Below, piece by piece: positions 39,161 to 52,137 of a stretch of DNA of 64,000 nt. The translations under genes and the position numbers were made by a program. The stretch is from Octopus sinensis. Taxonomy: Eukaryota. The number at the start of each line of letters is the position of its first letter. Position 1 is the stretch's first letter. Below the pieces are notes generated by a model, which was not told the origin of the DNA, did not search any database, and worked only from the letters and a program-made list of their open reading frames with translations. The DNA lies in NCBI RefSeq assembly GCF_006345805.1, contig NC_043015.1:41540001-41604000 (forward strand). The letters are read 5' to 3'.

Positions 39161-39594
39161 GTAGGGTCATCACTTTTATATATTAAAAAAAACAAAACAA
39201 AACTTCCATAATTCTTTTTGTTTTTTTTTGCTGCTCTTTTCTTTATTTCAATATTTTGAACCTGAATTATTTTTGTATTTGATTTTAATTGTTTTTAAAA
39301 ATTATTGTTTTTTTATGATGATTTTACATATTCATTCTTGATATGTTTCTGGCCGGTCCAAATTATTAGTATTAGGGGACTTTGGGACACCTGGTGTTTC
39401 AACCTCATTGTATCTCCTCAGTCAAAGGTACCTTGAACTTATGAATCTAATAAGTTTGTGGTGCTTGTTTAGAACTTCAGCAAACAAATTATCTCCTGAT
39501 AAGTACCAGTTGAATACTGGGGTTGATGTAATTCACTTACACCTTCCCCCCTAATCCCAAATTGCTGCTTTGTTCCAAGATTTGAAACAATTAC

Positions 39595-39630
<36 letters not shown>

Positions 39631-39687
39631 TACATACACACTCATATACATACATACATACACACGCACATATACATACATACATGC

Positions 39688-39726
<39 letters not shown>

Positions 39727-40534
39727 TGAATTGAAGAAATGGAGCTGAACGCAGATTGAACAGAAATCGTTTTATTTTGGTCAATTTTGTCGGTGGCCCT
39801 CCCATTTGACAGGGGCAGAAGGCAGTGCAACCTTTGTGTCTCCGAATCTTCCATATTTTGTTTGCCAGAGGCCGGATGGTAAACGGGCTTTTACAGTCGG
39901 CTTTTCGATGCCCCCATTGGCGGCGTTACACTTATTTGGCTTTTAATAGCGTTTATAAATAATACGGCACCCATAGCCTTGGTAACAAATTCTGAAATAG
40001 CCTTTAAGATATCTACGATTAACCACTGCAAGGGGAATTACTCCTGTAAGATAAAGGGGCTTGGTTTTTTTTTCACAACGGGGGGTTTCCTGACAAGGCA
40101 GGCTTAGATGAACACACACACACATAAAACATAATATATATTTTTTTTTCTGCCACCCAACGGTTCTCACTGCAGTAGCCACTGACAGCCGAACGATCAA
40201 ACGCACACCGTACACAAAAAATGTTTTCTACCCCTACGCCAACACACACATATAGAACAGTATACACACACACGTCTCTAAGTAGATTTTTTCTCGCCCC
40301 TTATAAAACATCCAATATTCCTTAAATAGTCAGAACTTTATTCTCGGTCACAAAGAACATCTACCACACCCTCACCCACATGATTGACCGATGCCTGACC
40401 CGTTAAATTCTTCAGCCACCGGTTCTCACTACACTGATAAACAGTTTCGCCATGGGCTCTTAGGAGCCTAGTTCGATTTGTTTTTGCTCCGCCTCTGTTC
40501 TGTTTTTGTTTTTTCCAACGGATTTCCTATTTTC

Positions 40535-40614
40535 TTCCTGAAGAGAAAGACACAATATGGTCCCATTATTCAATCGGATTTTGGTAAATTGTGCCTTTCG
40601 AAACACGTGTAGAA
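40535..40614 (+). ncRNA. type I hammerhead ribozyme, sense orientation in the last GCC2 intron
   Basis: UUC-CUGAAGA-GAAAG.CACAAU...AUUGUG.CUUUC-GAA-ACACGUGU-A-GAA; GUA triplet. Confidence 0.82.
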
Positions 40615-41347
40615 TGAAAAAACGATTTCTGTTCAATCTGCGTTCAGCTCCATTCTTCAATTCACCAATAATATTTTAATTTCAATTATCCGCACCAACG
40701 CACGGTTGCAACACCATATGGTTGTACCTCCAACCGTGCTGTTTACTGCTGTGATTTTTGCTACTAAGGTATCGGTTAAACTTTTGATTAATCTACTACA
40801 AGATTATTCATCTTTCTATTTCACATAATTATATATATATATATAGCATTTTGTAAGACTTGGTCTTATCGTATATTTGGTAGCAACACCTCAGGAAACT
40901 AAGACTGATTTCTTCATTGATGTTCCACCATTGTGTAACATCCCCTTTACCCAGTCTTTCTGTTGTTCTAACGGCAACTCTGCATTCAAAAGTATATCAT
41001 CTTCTTATCTGCATCGTAGAATACACATTTTCGATGCTTCTAATAAAAGAACAAATATTTGTTTACATTTGTACACACCTGGCTATTCTATAAAGCTAAA
41101 GTATTTAGTGTCTAAATTTGGTGGTGATTACGTCAGTGGGCAGTTTAGCTTAATGGTAAAACTCTCTGCCGGAGATTTTGAGGGGTATGAGTTGAACCGT
41201 CCAACCCATGCTAGCATCGAAAACGGACGTTAAACAATGATGATGATTGTAGAATCCTCTTTTGCGTTTTTCACTCTCTCTCTCCTGACACACCCACCTA
41301 CCTGCACACTTTATTGACTAACCAATATGCTTTTGTTTCCTTTTCAG

Positions 41348-41427
41348 GTGACTCTGCAGCACCACCTGGCAACAACGCCGCAGGAACCTGGGGCTCCTAC
41401 CTCCATCGATGGTCTGGCATCATGTAA
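41348..41427 (+). CDS. GCC2: GCC2 terminal coding exon 15
   Basis: tttcag acceptor; (G)DSAAPPGNNAAGTWGSYLHRWSGIM then TAA at 41425..41427, cf. GCC2 C-terminus GWASYLHSWSGLR. Confidence 0.93.
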
Positions 41428-41862
41428 AATATCCACGTGCATCTATTTTTGTCTGTCCTTCCATCCATCTCTCCATCCATCCATCCATCCATCCACCACA
41501 CACCCACCCACCCACCCATCCGTCCGTCCGTCCGTCGGTCCGACCGTCCGTCTGTCCATTCTGACACCTGCTTTTCCTCATCTCGTCAACCACTTTTACA
41601 CTACTGCACTCTTCTATTTCTTCCTCCTTGTCGCATCAGCTGTCATCGATTCATCACATACAGGTGTGTGTATATATGTGTGTGTATATGTGGGTAAATA
41701 CATTTGGATGGCTGCTGACTAAGAGAAAGCAACTGAAAGACATGAATGTCTATTTCTTCATATGACATGCCTTTATGTGTGTGGTGTGTGTGTGTGTGTG
41801 TGTGTGTATGTATGAATGTGTGTGTGTATATACACATGCATGTGTGTATGTATGTATGTATG

Positions 41863-41894
<32 letters not shown>

Positions 41895-41925
41895 TATACG
41901 TAAATAAATGTATGCGTATGTCTAA

Positions 41926-41956
<31 letters not shown>

Positions 41957-42076
41957 TACATACATACATGTATGTGTGTGTCTATATACATACATACATA
42001 TATATATATACACACATACATGTGTGTGTCTATATATATATGTACATGTGTGTGTGTCTCTCTCTTTATCTCTCTG

Positions 42077-42113
<37 letters not shown>

Positions 42114-42123
42114 GTATGTGTGT

Positions 42124-42187
<64 letters not shown>

Positions 42188-42894
42188 TATACATACATGA
42201 ACATGTGCACATACATAGCGTACATGACAGGTTTCTGTACAGTTCCCTGTTACATTTATGAAATTTACTAACAAGGAATTGATCCACTTAAAGATTATGA
42301 TATGATTGAAAAATCATTTGCCCAAAGTGCCACCAGCGGAGCATGCAGGCACGTATTATATATATATATATTATATATATATATATACACACACACACAT
42401 ATACATACATGAACATGTGCACATACATAGCGTACATGACAGGTTTCTGTACAGTTTCCCTGTTTACATTTATGAAATTTTACTAACAAGGAATTGATCC
42501 ACTTAAAGATTATGATATGATTGAAAAATCATTTGCCCAAAGTGCCACCCAGCGGAGCATGCAGGCACGTATGTATATATATATATATATATAACACACA
42601 CACACACACACACACATGTATGTATGTGCGCACGCTTACATATGAAACCTGGCCCTATGTGGTTGTGAAGCAGATTTCTTAACCCCGCAGCCAAGCCTGT
42701 GCCCCTAATGTGTTAAAGACCAGAACCAGGAACCGGTTCTCATCCGATTTGCCAGACATTGTGACACCCTTGAGTTGGGTGCTCACTCAAGACACACTCA
42801 GGGGCTGTGAAGCATCTCTGGTTCTGGTCCCTTACTACCATTGGTAACTGCCAACCCTTCCCCACCACATTTATGCAATTAGTCAATGGCGTTA

Positions 42895-43570
42895 CCACTC
42901 TCTCTCTCTCTCTGTTTCTCTCTATCTTTCTCTCTCTCTCACTCTCTGCTTATCTCTGTCACTCTCTACTTCTATATCTTTATGTCTCTATGTATCTCTC
43001 TCTCTCTGTCTTTCTTGCTCTGTATATATCTCTGTCTCTCTCTACCTCTTTCTCTATCTAACTGTCTCTATCTCTCTCTCTGTTTCTCTCTCTATCTCTC
43101 TCTGCTTATCTCTCTGTCATTCTCTACCTCTATATCTTTATGTCTCTATGTATCTCTCTCTCTCCTACTCTCTCTCTCTGCTTCTCTCTCTCTCTCTGCT
43201 TCTCTGTCTATCTCTATCTCTCTATATATATCTCTTTCTCTCTAACTCTTTCTTTGTCTAACTGTCTCTATCTCTCTCCCACTCTCTCTCTGCTTCTCTG
43301 TCTATCTATCTTTATCTCTTTCTCTCTCTCTACCTTTTTCTCTGTCTGTCTGTCTCTCTCTATCTCTCTTTCTGTTTGTCTCTCTAACTCTGTGTGTCTC
43401 TCTCTTTCTGTTTGTCTATTTCTCTGTCTGTCTATCTCTTTCACTAACTCTCTCTCTCTCTCTCTCTCTTTTTTTTTTACCTGTCTCCCTGTCTCTGTCT
43501 CCCTGTCTCTCTCTCTCTATCTCAATGCTTATCTCTCTCTCTTTCTATCTCTTCATCTCTCTCACACAGC
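42895..43570. repeat. (CT)n-rich low-complexity tract
   Basis: direct reading; other simple repeats at 10260..10830, 11055..11160, 13480..13830, 20826..21020, 21930..22390, 38765..39030, 57715..58030. Confidence 0.95.
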
Positions 43571-43647
43571 TTTCATTTATGCATTTTTATGCCATATATA
43601 CATAATTAAAAAAAGGAAAAGAATTTTGTAAATTTCTCACTCACATG

Positions 43648-43685
<38 letters not shown>

Positions 43686-45011
43686 ATTTGGAAATTATTG
43701 TGTAAATATCTGGTCACATATATGTGAAGGCACGTGGCGTAGTGGTTAGAGCGTTGCACTCACCATTGCTAGTTCATGGTTTCAATTCCCAGACTGGGCA
43801 GTGCATTTTATTTTATTTTATTTTATTTTATCTAGTTTCAGCTCACGAGCTGTGGCCATGCTGGGGCACCGCATTGTGTTCTTGAGCAACACACTTCATT
43901 TCACATTGCTTCAACCCCCCTTTCAATCAAGGGGGCAATGTTGGCCAGCTTGCCCAGCCACCGGAGTAGCATCATTCGAACTCTAAAACGATACAAAGCG
44001 CACTGTGACCAGCGATGTGTAACAACCTCTAATAGCCAGATCAGTCACGTGATATATGCATAAATACACACACACACACACAAATGCATGTATGTGCATA
44101 TACACATATATCTGTGTATGTAAGGATATATATTTCTGTATGTATGTATGTATATAGATATTCATGTATGTTTATCTGTATGTTTTTGTCTATATGCATG
44201 TATGTATGTGTGTGTGTATGTATGTATATATATAAAAATATATGTTTTTAAGTGTTTATAATGTGCTTTTATATATGTGTATGTATGTGTATATATATAT
44301 ATATATGTTTAATATATATACATATACATGTAACTAAAGAAGGTGAAAGGAAGCGCTACCTTTCGCAGCCTCCCGTGATATTGTATATGTTTCGGCCATC
44401 TCCCTCTAGTGGCTATTTTCATGGACATTTTCTTCCATTGTCATTTCCTGACCTTCAGATCTCTTCATTTTATTTATCTGATCCTCCTTGCTGTATGTAC
44501 ATTCAATTCTACATACATTCAAACACACATTTGTGCAACACAAACATATATATACACACATACATTTATATACATATGTTTATGTATATATATATATATA
44601 TGTACATATATGTATATGTATGCATATATGCATGTGTGAGTGTGTATATATATATATTAATATATATGTATGTATATATATGTGTGTATATATATGTAAT
44701 GCAATATGTGTATACCTGTTATATATGTAATATATATATATTATATATATATAATATCTTATGTAACTATGTGATATGATATGCATATATATATGTATGT
44801 ATGTATATGTATGTATATAGTGTATTATATATGATTTATAAATCATATACAATGCAGATATCATATAATACACAAACACATGACCTGTAAATATTAACCA
44901 ATGGGAATTGCTATTGGAAAATGGGGAGCATTGGTTATCCAACCAAGAGTTGTCTGTCTTATTTTTATGATTATCATCATCATCATTGTTATTATCATCA
45001 TTATTCTTAAC

Positions 45012-45059
<48 letters not shown>

Positions 45060-47007
45060 AATGGCAGGCTGGTAGAATCATTAGAGCCACTGATAAAATG
45101 GTTAATAGCCTTTCTTCTGGTTCTCTGTGTCCACAGTTCAAATTCTTTCAAGGTTGACTTAGCCTGTCATCCTTTTGGTGGGGTCGATAAAATAAGTGCT
45201 GGTCGAGTACTGGGATTGTTGTAACTGACTTTACTCTTTCCCTAGAATTGCTGGCCTTGTGCAAAATTTGAAACCATTATTATTATTATTATTATATTAT
45301 TATTATTATTATTATTATTTAAGGTGGTGAGCTGGCAGAATCGTTAACACACCGGACAAAATGCTTACCGGTATTTCACCCGCGTCGTGACATTCTGAGT
45401 TCAATATCTGTCAAAGTCAGCTTTGCCTTTTATCCCTTCTGGGGTCAGTACAAAAAAGTACCAGTTGGACACTGGGATCAATGTAACTGACTTATCCTGT
45501 CCCCCCAAATTTCTGGCCTTGTGCCAAAATTTGAAATTACCACCATCATCATTATTATTATTATTATTTCTTTGTTTTTGTGGAATATGCAAAAAGAAAA
45601 AAAACAGAACCTTTGCGAAGGATTTCAAAATCCTGAAGGTAACCTCCTAGCAAGCTAAATTTCCTTGAAATGGTTTTGATTCCCGGTTTTACCTATTTTT
45701 ATTTCTTTTTACTTCATTGATGCCCCATGGGGAAAAAATTTCAAACATCAAACTCTCATTCCATCCCATATTCGGCCTTTTTCATTTCACTCTTCTGGAT
45801 CCGGAGATGCCACAGTGTGGCTCTCTGGACCACCATTTCTGTGAATAATGTAAATGTGTTGGAACCTGGACCCGGAAGCATCGTGGATCTGGCTGTTATG
45901 TTAAAAAGAATAAGGTAGATAACAATAAAAAACTACCCATCTCCCCACAAGTGGATTTGGTATCAAGAGACAATTCCTCCTGCTTGTATGATACCAAGTT
46001 ACTAAATTAAAATCTTCCATCAAAATTTTATACTAATTCATGTTCCAGATGTCTGATTAACAGCGACACAGTTGTGGAGATGCAATGGCCCGGTGGTTAG
46101 GGCAGTGGACTCGTGGTCATAGGATCGCGGTTCCCAGATTCCCAGACAGGGCATTGTGAGTGTTTATTAAACGAAAACACCTGCAGGGGGTGGTGGTTAA
46201 CCCTGCTGTACTCTTTCACCACAATTTTCTCTCACTCTTTCTTCATGTTCCTGTTGTATGCCCCAAAGGGATTTAAGGTTCATGTTTTATACCCGGATTC
46301 TAAGATGGTACCTTGTTTTGCAGGGTTAAATATTAAGACTACAAATAATCTCATATGCTGTTATCATACATGGTATATCTAGGGGCTCTGTAATGTAATT
46401 GGGGAAATGGTTGGTTGAGTGAGCAATGGATTTGGGTCTCGAGTCCCAAAAGTAGGAGTTTTTCCTGGCCTGTTGATCTCCCTCCCCCCTCATCTGTTTT
46501 TAGATTGTATCTTTTTAAAGAAATTATTTTTATTATTATTGCAATCAGAGGATGCAGGTCAGCATTCATGTCCCTCTTTAGGGTTTCTGAAATTGCTGGT
46601 GGGAAAGGGTAGTGTCTGTCTTTCTCTAGGGGCTTCTAAGACAGCTGTGAGATAGGGCAGTCTCCTTGTATCTTTCTAAGGGCTTCTGATGCCACTAGGA
46701 AAAAGGGTAGTGCACTGATCCTATTTAAGGGCCTCTAAGGAGACCAGTGCCCTTGACTCTACTTAGGGGCTGGGAGGAAGGGTGGAAGTTATCTTCAGAG
46801 TGGGAACACCTGGCCTAAATGCTTAGAATAGTGGACCCCTGCTAAAGGTACATAAAGGGCCAGGGAGGGTGTTATACTGGGTGACGCAATGTTTATTTGC
46901 TTATGATGTTTCACGTTATTTAACTTTCTGTAATAAATCATTCAAGCGTGAACCAACGGAAGCATTCAGCCGTTGAAACTGTCAAAGACTATCCATCTAC
47001 GATGACT

Positions 47008-47388
47008 TTTATTCTTTTACTTGTTCCAGTCATTTGACTGCGGCCATGCTGGAGCACCTCCATTAGTCGAACAAATTGACCCCAGGACTTATTCTTTGTT
47101 AAGTTACGGGGACCTAAACACACCAGCATCAGTTGTCAAGCCATGTTGGGGGCGACAAACAGACATACACACACACACATATATATATATACACTATGGG
47201 CTTCTTTCAGTTTCTGTCTACCAAATCTACTCACAAGGCTTTGGTTGACCCGAGGCTACAGTAGAAGACACTTTGATCGGCCCGAGGCTATAGTAGAAGA
47301 CACTTGCTCAAGGTGCCACACAGTGGGACTGAACCCGGAACCAGGTGGTTGGTAAGCAAGCTACTTACCACACAGCCACTCCTGCGCC
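47008..47388 (-). mobile_element. SINE family A copy
   Basis: both modules present, with a small internal duplication. Confidence 0.8.
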
Positions 47389-47749
47389 TATTTATTTATC
47401 TTTTTAAAAAACGTTTTATGGCATCAATGTGCAAAACCTGCCATGATGTGATTTGGTTGTTCAGGGTTCATCCGGCACTTCCATTTTTCACAGAATGGTT
47501 TATTTTGGGGAGGTACTTTCATATGAGGTAAGCACACTAACCAGGTTTTTGGTTGAACAAGGAATAAACATTATTATAATTATTATTATTATTATTACAG
47601 TGATGATGATGATGATGATGACATGGAATTATGATTTTTCTTCTTTCTGGATTCTAATAAATATTTTTTGACATAGAATTTGTTGTTGTTGTTGTTCTTA
47701 TTTCTAAGGTGAGGAGTCAGTGGAGTGCCACCAGTGAAAAAGATGCATT

Positions 47750-47993
47750 ATTTATATTATTTACATTTGACGGATATTTCTCCTCATCTTGTTTGTTGTT
47801 AACACAATGCTTCGGCTGATATACCCTCCAGCCTTCTTCAGGTGTCTTGGGGAAATTTCGAACCTGGGTTCTCATTCCTAAGATATTTTTCGATGTTGTT
47901 GTTGTTGTTATTATTATTCAGGTCACTGCCTGGAATCGAACTCGGAATGTTGGGGTTAGTAGCCCGCGTTCTTAACCACTACGCCATATGCCC
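47750..47993 (-). mobile_element. tRNA-headed SINE-like element with a hammerhead-containing tail
   Basis: head 47993..47921 with A box TGGCGTAGTGG, D stem GCGT/ACGC and B box GAGTTCGATTCC; then an (AAT/AAC)n linker and ~150-bp tail containing the hammerhead; tail repeated inverted at 47994..48168. Confidence 0.75.
47801..47846 (-). ncRNA. decayed inverted copy of the 48077 hammerhead
   Basis: GACAC-CUGAAGA-A-GGCUG...CAGCC-GAA-GCAU-U-GUGUU (stem III mutated). Confidence 0.6.
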
Positions 47994-48076
47994 GTGACCT
48001 GAACAACAATAATAATAACAACAACAACATCGAAAAATATCTTAGGAATGAGAAACCAGGTTCGAAATTTCCCCAA

Positions 48077-48122
48077 GACACCTGACGAAGGCTGGAGGGT
48101 ATATCAGCCGAAACGTTGTGTT
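48077..48122 (+). ncRNA. minimal type I hammerhead ribozyme
   Basis: GACAC-CUGACGA-A-GGCUG(10 nt)CAGCC-GAA-ACGU-U-GUGUU. Confidence 0.78.
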
Positions 48123-48482
48123 AACAACAAACAAGATGAGAACAAATATCCATCAAATGTAAAATAATGTTCATATTCTTGGTTCAAATTCTACCAGGGT
48201 TGACTTTGCCTTCCATCCTTTCCTGATCAATAAAAATAAAGTACCAGGATCGATGTAATCGACTTACTTTCTCCCATCAAAATTGCTGGCATTGTGCCAA
48301 AATTAGGAAGAATTATTTTTGGGTGGTGGATTGGCTGAATTATATCCTTGAGCAAGACACTTCATTTCACGTTGATTTAGTCTACTCAACTGGAATTGAG
48401 TACCAGCCCAAATGCAGTGCTGCCCCCTTGCCTGCTAGCTGTCACACAATCGTGCTTGTGAGAGATTACTATGGTTTTAAGT

Positions 48483-48860
48483 GGAGGCGCAATAGCCCAG
48501 TGGTTAGGGCAGCGGACTCATGGTCGTAGGATCGCGGTTTCGATTCCCAGACCGAGCGTTGTGCGTGTTTATTGAATGAAAACATCTAAAAGCTCCACGA
48601 GGCTCCAGCAAGGGTTGGTGGCCAACCCTGCTGTACTCATTCACCACAACTTTCTCTCACTCTTTCTTCCTGTTTCTGTTGTACCTGTATTTCAAATGTG
48701 CCAGCCTTGTCACACTGTGTCACACTGAAACTCCCTGAGAACTACGTTAAGGATACACGTGTCTGTGGAGTGCTCAGCCACTTGCACGTTAATTTCATGA
48801 GCAGGCTGTTCTGTTGATCGGATCAACTGGAACCCTCGTCGTCGCAACCGACGGAGTACC
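48483..48860 (+). mobile_element. SINE family E (tRNA-derived)
   Basis: GAGGCGCAATAGCCCAGTGGTTAGGGCAGCGGACTC...GGTTTCGATTCCC; relatives at 7420..7713(-), 43727..44055(+), 46079..46255(+), 57128..57432(-). Confidence 0.8.
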
Positions 48861-49105
48861 ACGGTGGTTTTTAAATATTCAACACTGTTCAATGGAAACA
48901 TGCAATTGAACTGATGAATGATAAAGAATCTGGTAAAGAAAAATGCAGTTATATTAATGGATAATGAATACAACAAAAAAAATATTTTGTCTCTGTTAGA
49001 ACACAACATATACTATGGAAACGGTGAAACCAACAACCAACAGGAAGTAAGGAAAAGTCATCCAATCTTGTTTGAACAGGATTAACAGATAAGCAATGGT
49101 ATTAA

Positions 49106-49641
49106 TCCATTGACTACCACATTTTTTATTCATATTTTTTAGCTTTGCCAGGAGTCTTAGGAGTTAAAATAATATATAGTATTTAAATTTTCTTCATATG
49201 TGAATTATTTTGGAAATTATGATAAATTTTTCGAAAAGTCCCAAACGAGGATCGCTGAAAAAAAGCATATTTATACTTTTCTATTCAATTGCAATAATAA
49301 ACATTTCAGTTTTATTTTAAACTATAGTATCAAATGCGAATGTGTACGAAATATCAATGAATGATATAAATGGGAAATGCAAAAAAATAAAATAAAAATA
49401 AAATAAATAAAAAGTTTTCAAAACAGTCAATATTTTTGTAGTTCAAAAATTGCGATTTATGACATAAAATGTCCTCTGGAATTATCCAGAGCTAACAATG
49501 GCAAACTTTAATTACTAAATATTGTTAAACACACCTCTGCAAATGCAATATACATAAGCAATTCACTTTAAATACAACACACAACCAGCAGTGTGACTGT
49601 TTTTAGCAGATCCCCAAATGGAGCTCATGGCAAGCAATGGG
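49106..49641. mobile_element. possible piggyBac-type non-autonomous element
   Basis: TTAA flanks with short imperfect inverted ends TCCATTGA / GCAATGGG; the TIR match is weak. Confidence 0.3.
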
Positions 49642-49903
49642 TTAAATAACTAATTTAAGGTGTAAATGTAGACTTCTTTATGGCATACGAACAATTTCAC
49701 GAATGCTAAATGATAAAAGAATCCACAAATGATATGTATCAATGTTGTATTACCAAATGGTTTAAAAATTATCACCAATAGTATCTGGTTTATCAACCGA
49801 ATATTTTTTGTATCTTACTGAAACTTAAACATATTAAAAGATCCGCAAGGAACAACCTAATTACTGTGAGTCACTTTCCGAAAATGATCAGAGAAAACAT
49901 TAA

Positions 49904-51187
49904 CGAGGGGCGTTCAATAAGTAATGCCCCTGACCCACTTCCCATAGCAGTAGAGCAACGAAACTTGGCACACTTATTAGTCTGTTTCTACATAGGAACC
50001 ACCCAGAGTTACGCATTTCTCCCATCGTTTGATGCGGCTCTGGAGACCGTTTTTGCAGAAGAACCCAGCTTGGTCCTCCAACCTCAACGTGACTTCAGAA
50101 ATCAAGGCTGCATCATCTGGGAAACGCTTTCCTTTCAAAAACAACTTCATGATTGGGAAGAGGTGAAAATCAGAGGGTGCAAGGTCAGGAAAGTATGGGG
50201 AGGAGTTCATAGCCATACGCCTGTGCTTCTGATCTGGCGACAAGCGAGTTGTGGACCGGAGCGTTGTCCTGCAGGAGGAGGATGCCTTTGCTGATCTTGC
50301 CCCGCCTCTTGATTTTGATAACTTCTCTTAATTTCCTCAAAAGTGAAGCATAATAGGCTCCTGCAATTGTGGTACCCTTTGCCAGGAAATCTGTCATCAC
50401 TACTCCGTCCTGGTCCCAGAAGACTGTGAGCGTGACCTTGCCAGCAGAGGGCTGCACCCTTGCCTTCTTTGGAGGGGGTGAGTCACGGTGCTTCCACTGC
50501 ATTGACTGGGATTTGGTCTCTGGATCATCGTGATGGACCCAGGTTTCATCCTGTGTAATCAGTCTTTTGAAAAATTTTGACTCATCTTCTTGGCACATCT
50601 CCAAATTCACCCTCGAGCACTCGACGCGTTCTTGCTTCTGGAAAGGCGTGAGCAACCTGGGAATCCATCTGGCAGACACCTTTTGCATATGCAAATGGTC
50701 ATGAATGATAGTTTCCACAGACCTGGTACTAATCTTGACCTCATGGGCTATTTGGCGAATAATTATGCGTCGATCTTCCAAAATGGCAGCCTCAACTTGA
50801 CGGACAGATGCCTCATCAATGGCAGAAGGGGGCGACTAGATCTGGGAGCTGTTTCCACAGAGTTCCGACCATGTTTGAATTCACGATGCCAGCGTTTTAC
50901 AAGGTCATATGATGGGGCATCATCACCATAAGTTACTTTCATTTCATCAAAAGTCTCCCGTGGTGTGCGTCCTTTCAAATACAAAAACCGGATCACTGCT
51001 CGACACCCAACAGGCTCCATTTCACACTTGACTCGGTTCAAACACCTGTAAATCAGAAACCACAATTAATTCAGAGCTGTAATTTGCCACTTACTCTATA
51101 GAGATATAAATGATTGCACATGCAAAATTTCAGCTAGATGAAACAACTGCAAGTGGTTCAGAGGCATTACTTATTGAACGTCCCTCG
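49904..51187 (-). mobile_element. full-length mariner transposon (1284 bp), transposase broken by two frameshifts
   Basis: TIRs CGAGGG(G/A)CGTTCAATAAGTAATGCC at 49904 and 51187, TA on the right flank; ATG at 51020 (MEPVG), stop at 49977; motifs WIPRLL, ITQDETW, LLQDNAP, SPDLAPSDFHLF (DD34D type). Confidence 0.95.
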
Positions 51188-51905
51188 TACTGTGTCTTTC
51201 TTTTGTAATGAATCTATTTACAAACGTCTCTTTTGATTACTGGATAAAAGTGATAAAATAAATTCTGGCTGGAGAATGTTATCGGTAAGTTACTAAAATG
51301 AATAGAAAAACAACTAATAACTAGAAATTGTGTTGGAAACTGCCGTTCAAAAGGAAAAGATCCAAATTTGGTGTCTATTTGAGTGTGTGTGTGCGTGTTT
51401 ATTTGTATGTATTTTGGCGTAATAAGCATATATGTATTTTGTGTTTTGGTATGTGTGCGTGAATGTGTGTATTTTCGTGTGTAAGTGTGTGTGCGCGTGC
51501 ACAAGTGTGCGTGTGTGGGAGTGTACAAGTGTGTGTGTGCGTGTGTGTGTGTGTGTGGTTGTGTGCATTTCGTATGTATCTGTATACATTTTCAGTGTGT
51601 ATCGCCATCTGTTTCCGTAATTTGTAGATTTATGCATTATTCTGTATACGTATGTATATGTGTGTATAAGAGAGTGTGTGTGTGTGTGTGTATTTGAAAA
51701 AATTAATACAAATGTCTTTTCTGATCATTTCTCCACTTTAATAATGTTTAATAAGTTTACAAAAACTTATAAGTTACCTAATTATTAAAGCGGAAGAATT
51801 ATCAGAAAAGCCATTTATATTCCCTCTTTCAAATACATAATTCTATAACAAGGATTTCCTATTCTTTATTCTACTCTGTGTGTGTGTGTGTGTGTGTGTG
51901 TCTAC

Positions 51906-51952
<47 letters not shown>

Positions 51953-52106
51953 TGTACGTATATGTGTGTCTACGTTTGTATAAATGTCCGTATGTGAATT
52001 GATAAAATGGCGTTCTGTTGCCCAGTTCGTTGCATGTTCTTATGGTTGTGCAGAAAAGAGTTAAGAGATTTGCGCCGGCAGAAGGAACACCTACACCTTC
52101 CTCAAC

Positions 52107-52137
<31 letters not shown>

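Noticed and set aside
40425-40472. Hammerhead-like motif on the - strand (GCC-CAU-GGC-GAA-ACUG-UUUAU-CAGU)
   Set aside because: Stems II and III are good but the core reads CCUAAGA, the triplet is GUG and stem I is out of register; at best a heavily decayed relic.
40850-41150. Coding-like stretch on the - strand (EDDILLNAELPLEQQKDWVKGMLHNGG...)
   Set aside because: Interrupted by stops with no recognisable motif; possibly an old transposase fragment but unsupported.
10109-44942. Dozens of long ORFs rich in H/T/Y/I/C/V/M/S/L (e.g. 18434..19306, 31373..32359, 32900..34332)
   Set aside because: They are translations of (TA), (TG), (CT) and (ACC) simple repeats lacking stops; no protein-like composition or splice support.
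46255-47005. Possible solo LTR (TATA-like TACATAAA, AATAAA near 46932)
   Set aside because: No clear TG...CA boundaries, TSD or second copy in the window.
47921-47993. Possible genuine tRNA gene (anticodon loop reads ACT)
   Set aside because: Mismatches in the acceptor and T stems and fusion to a repeat tail; treated as a SINE head. The same applies to the heads of families A, D and E.
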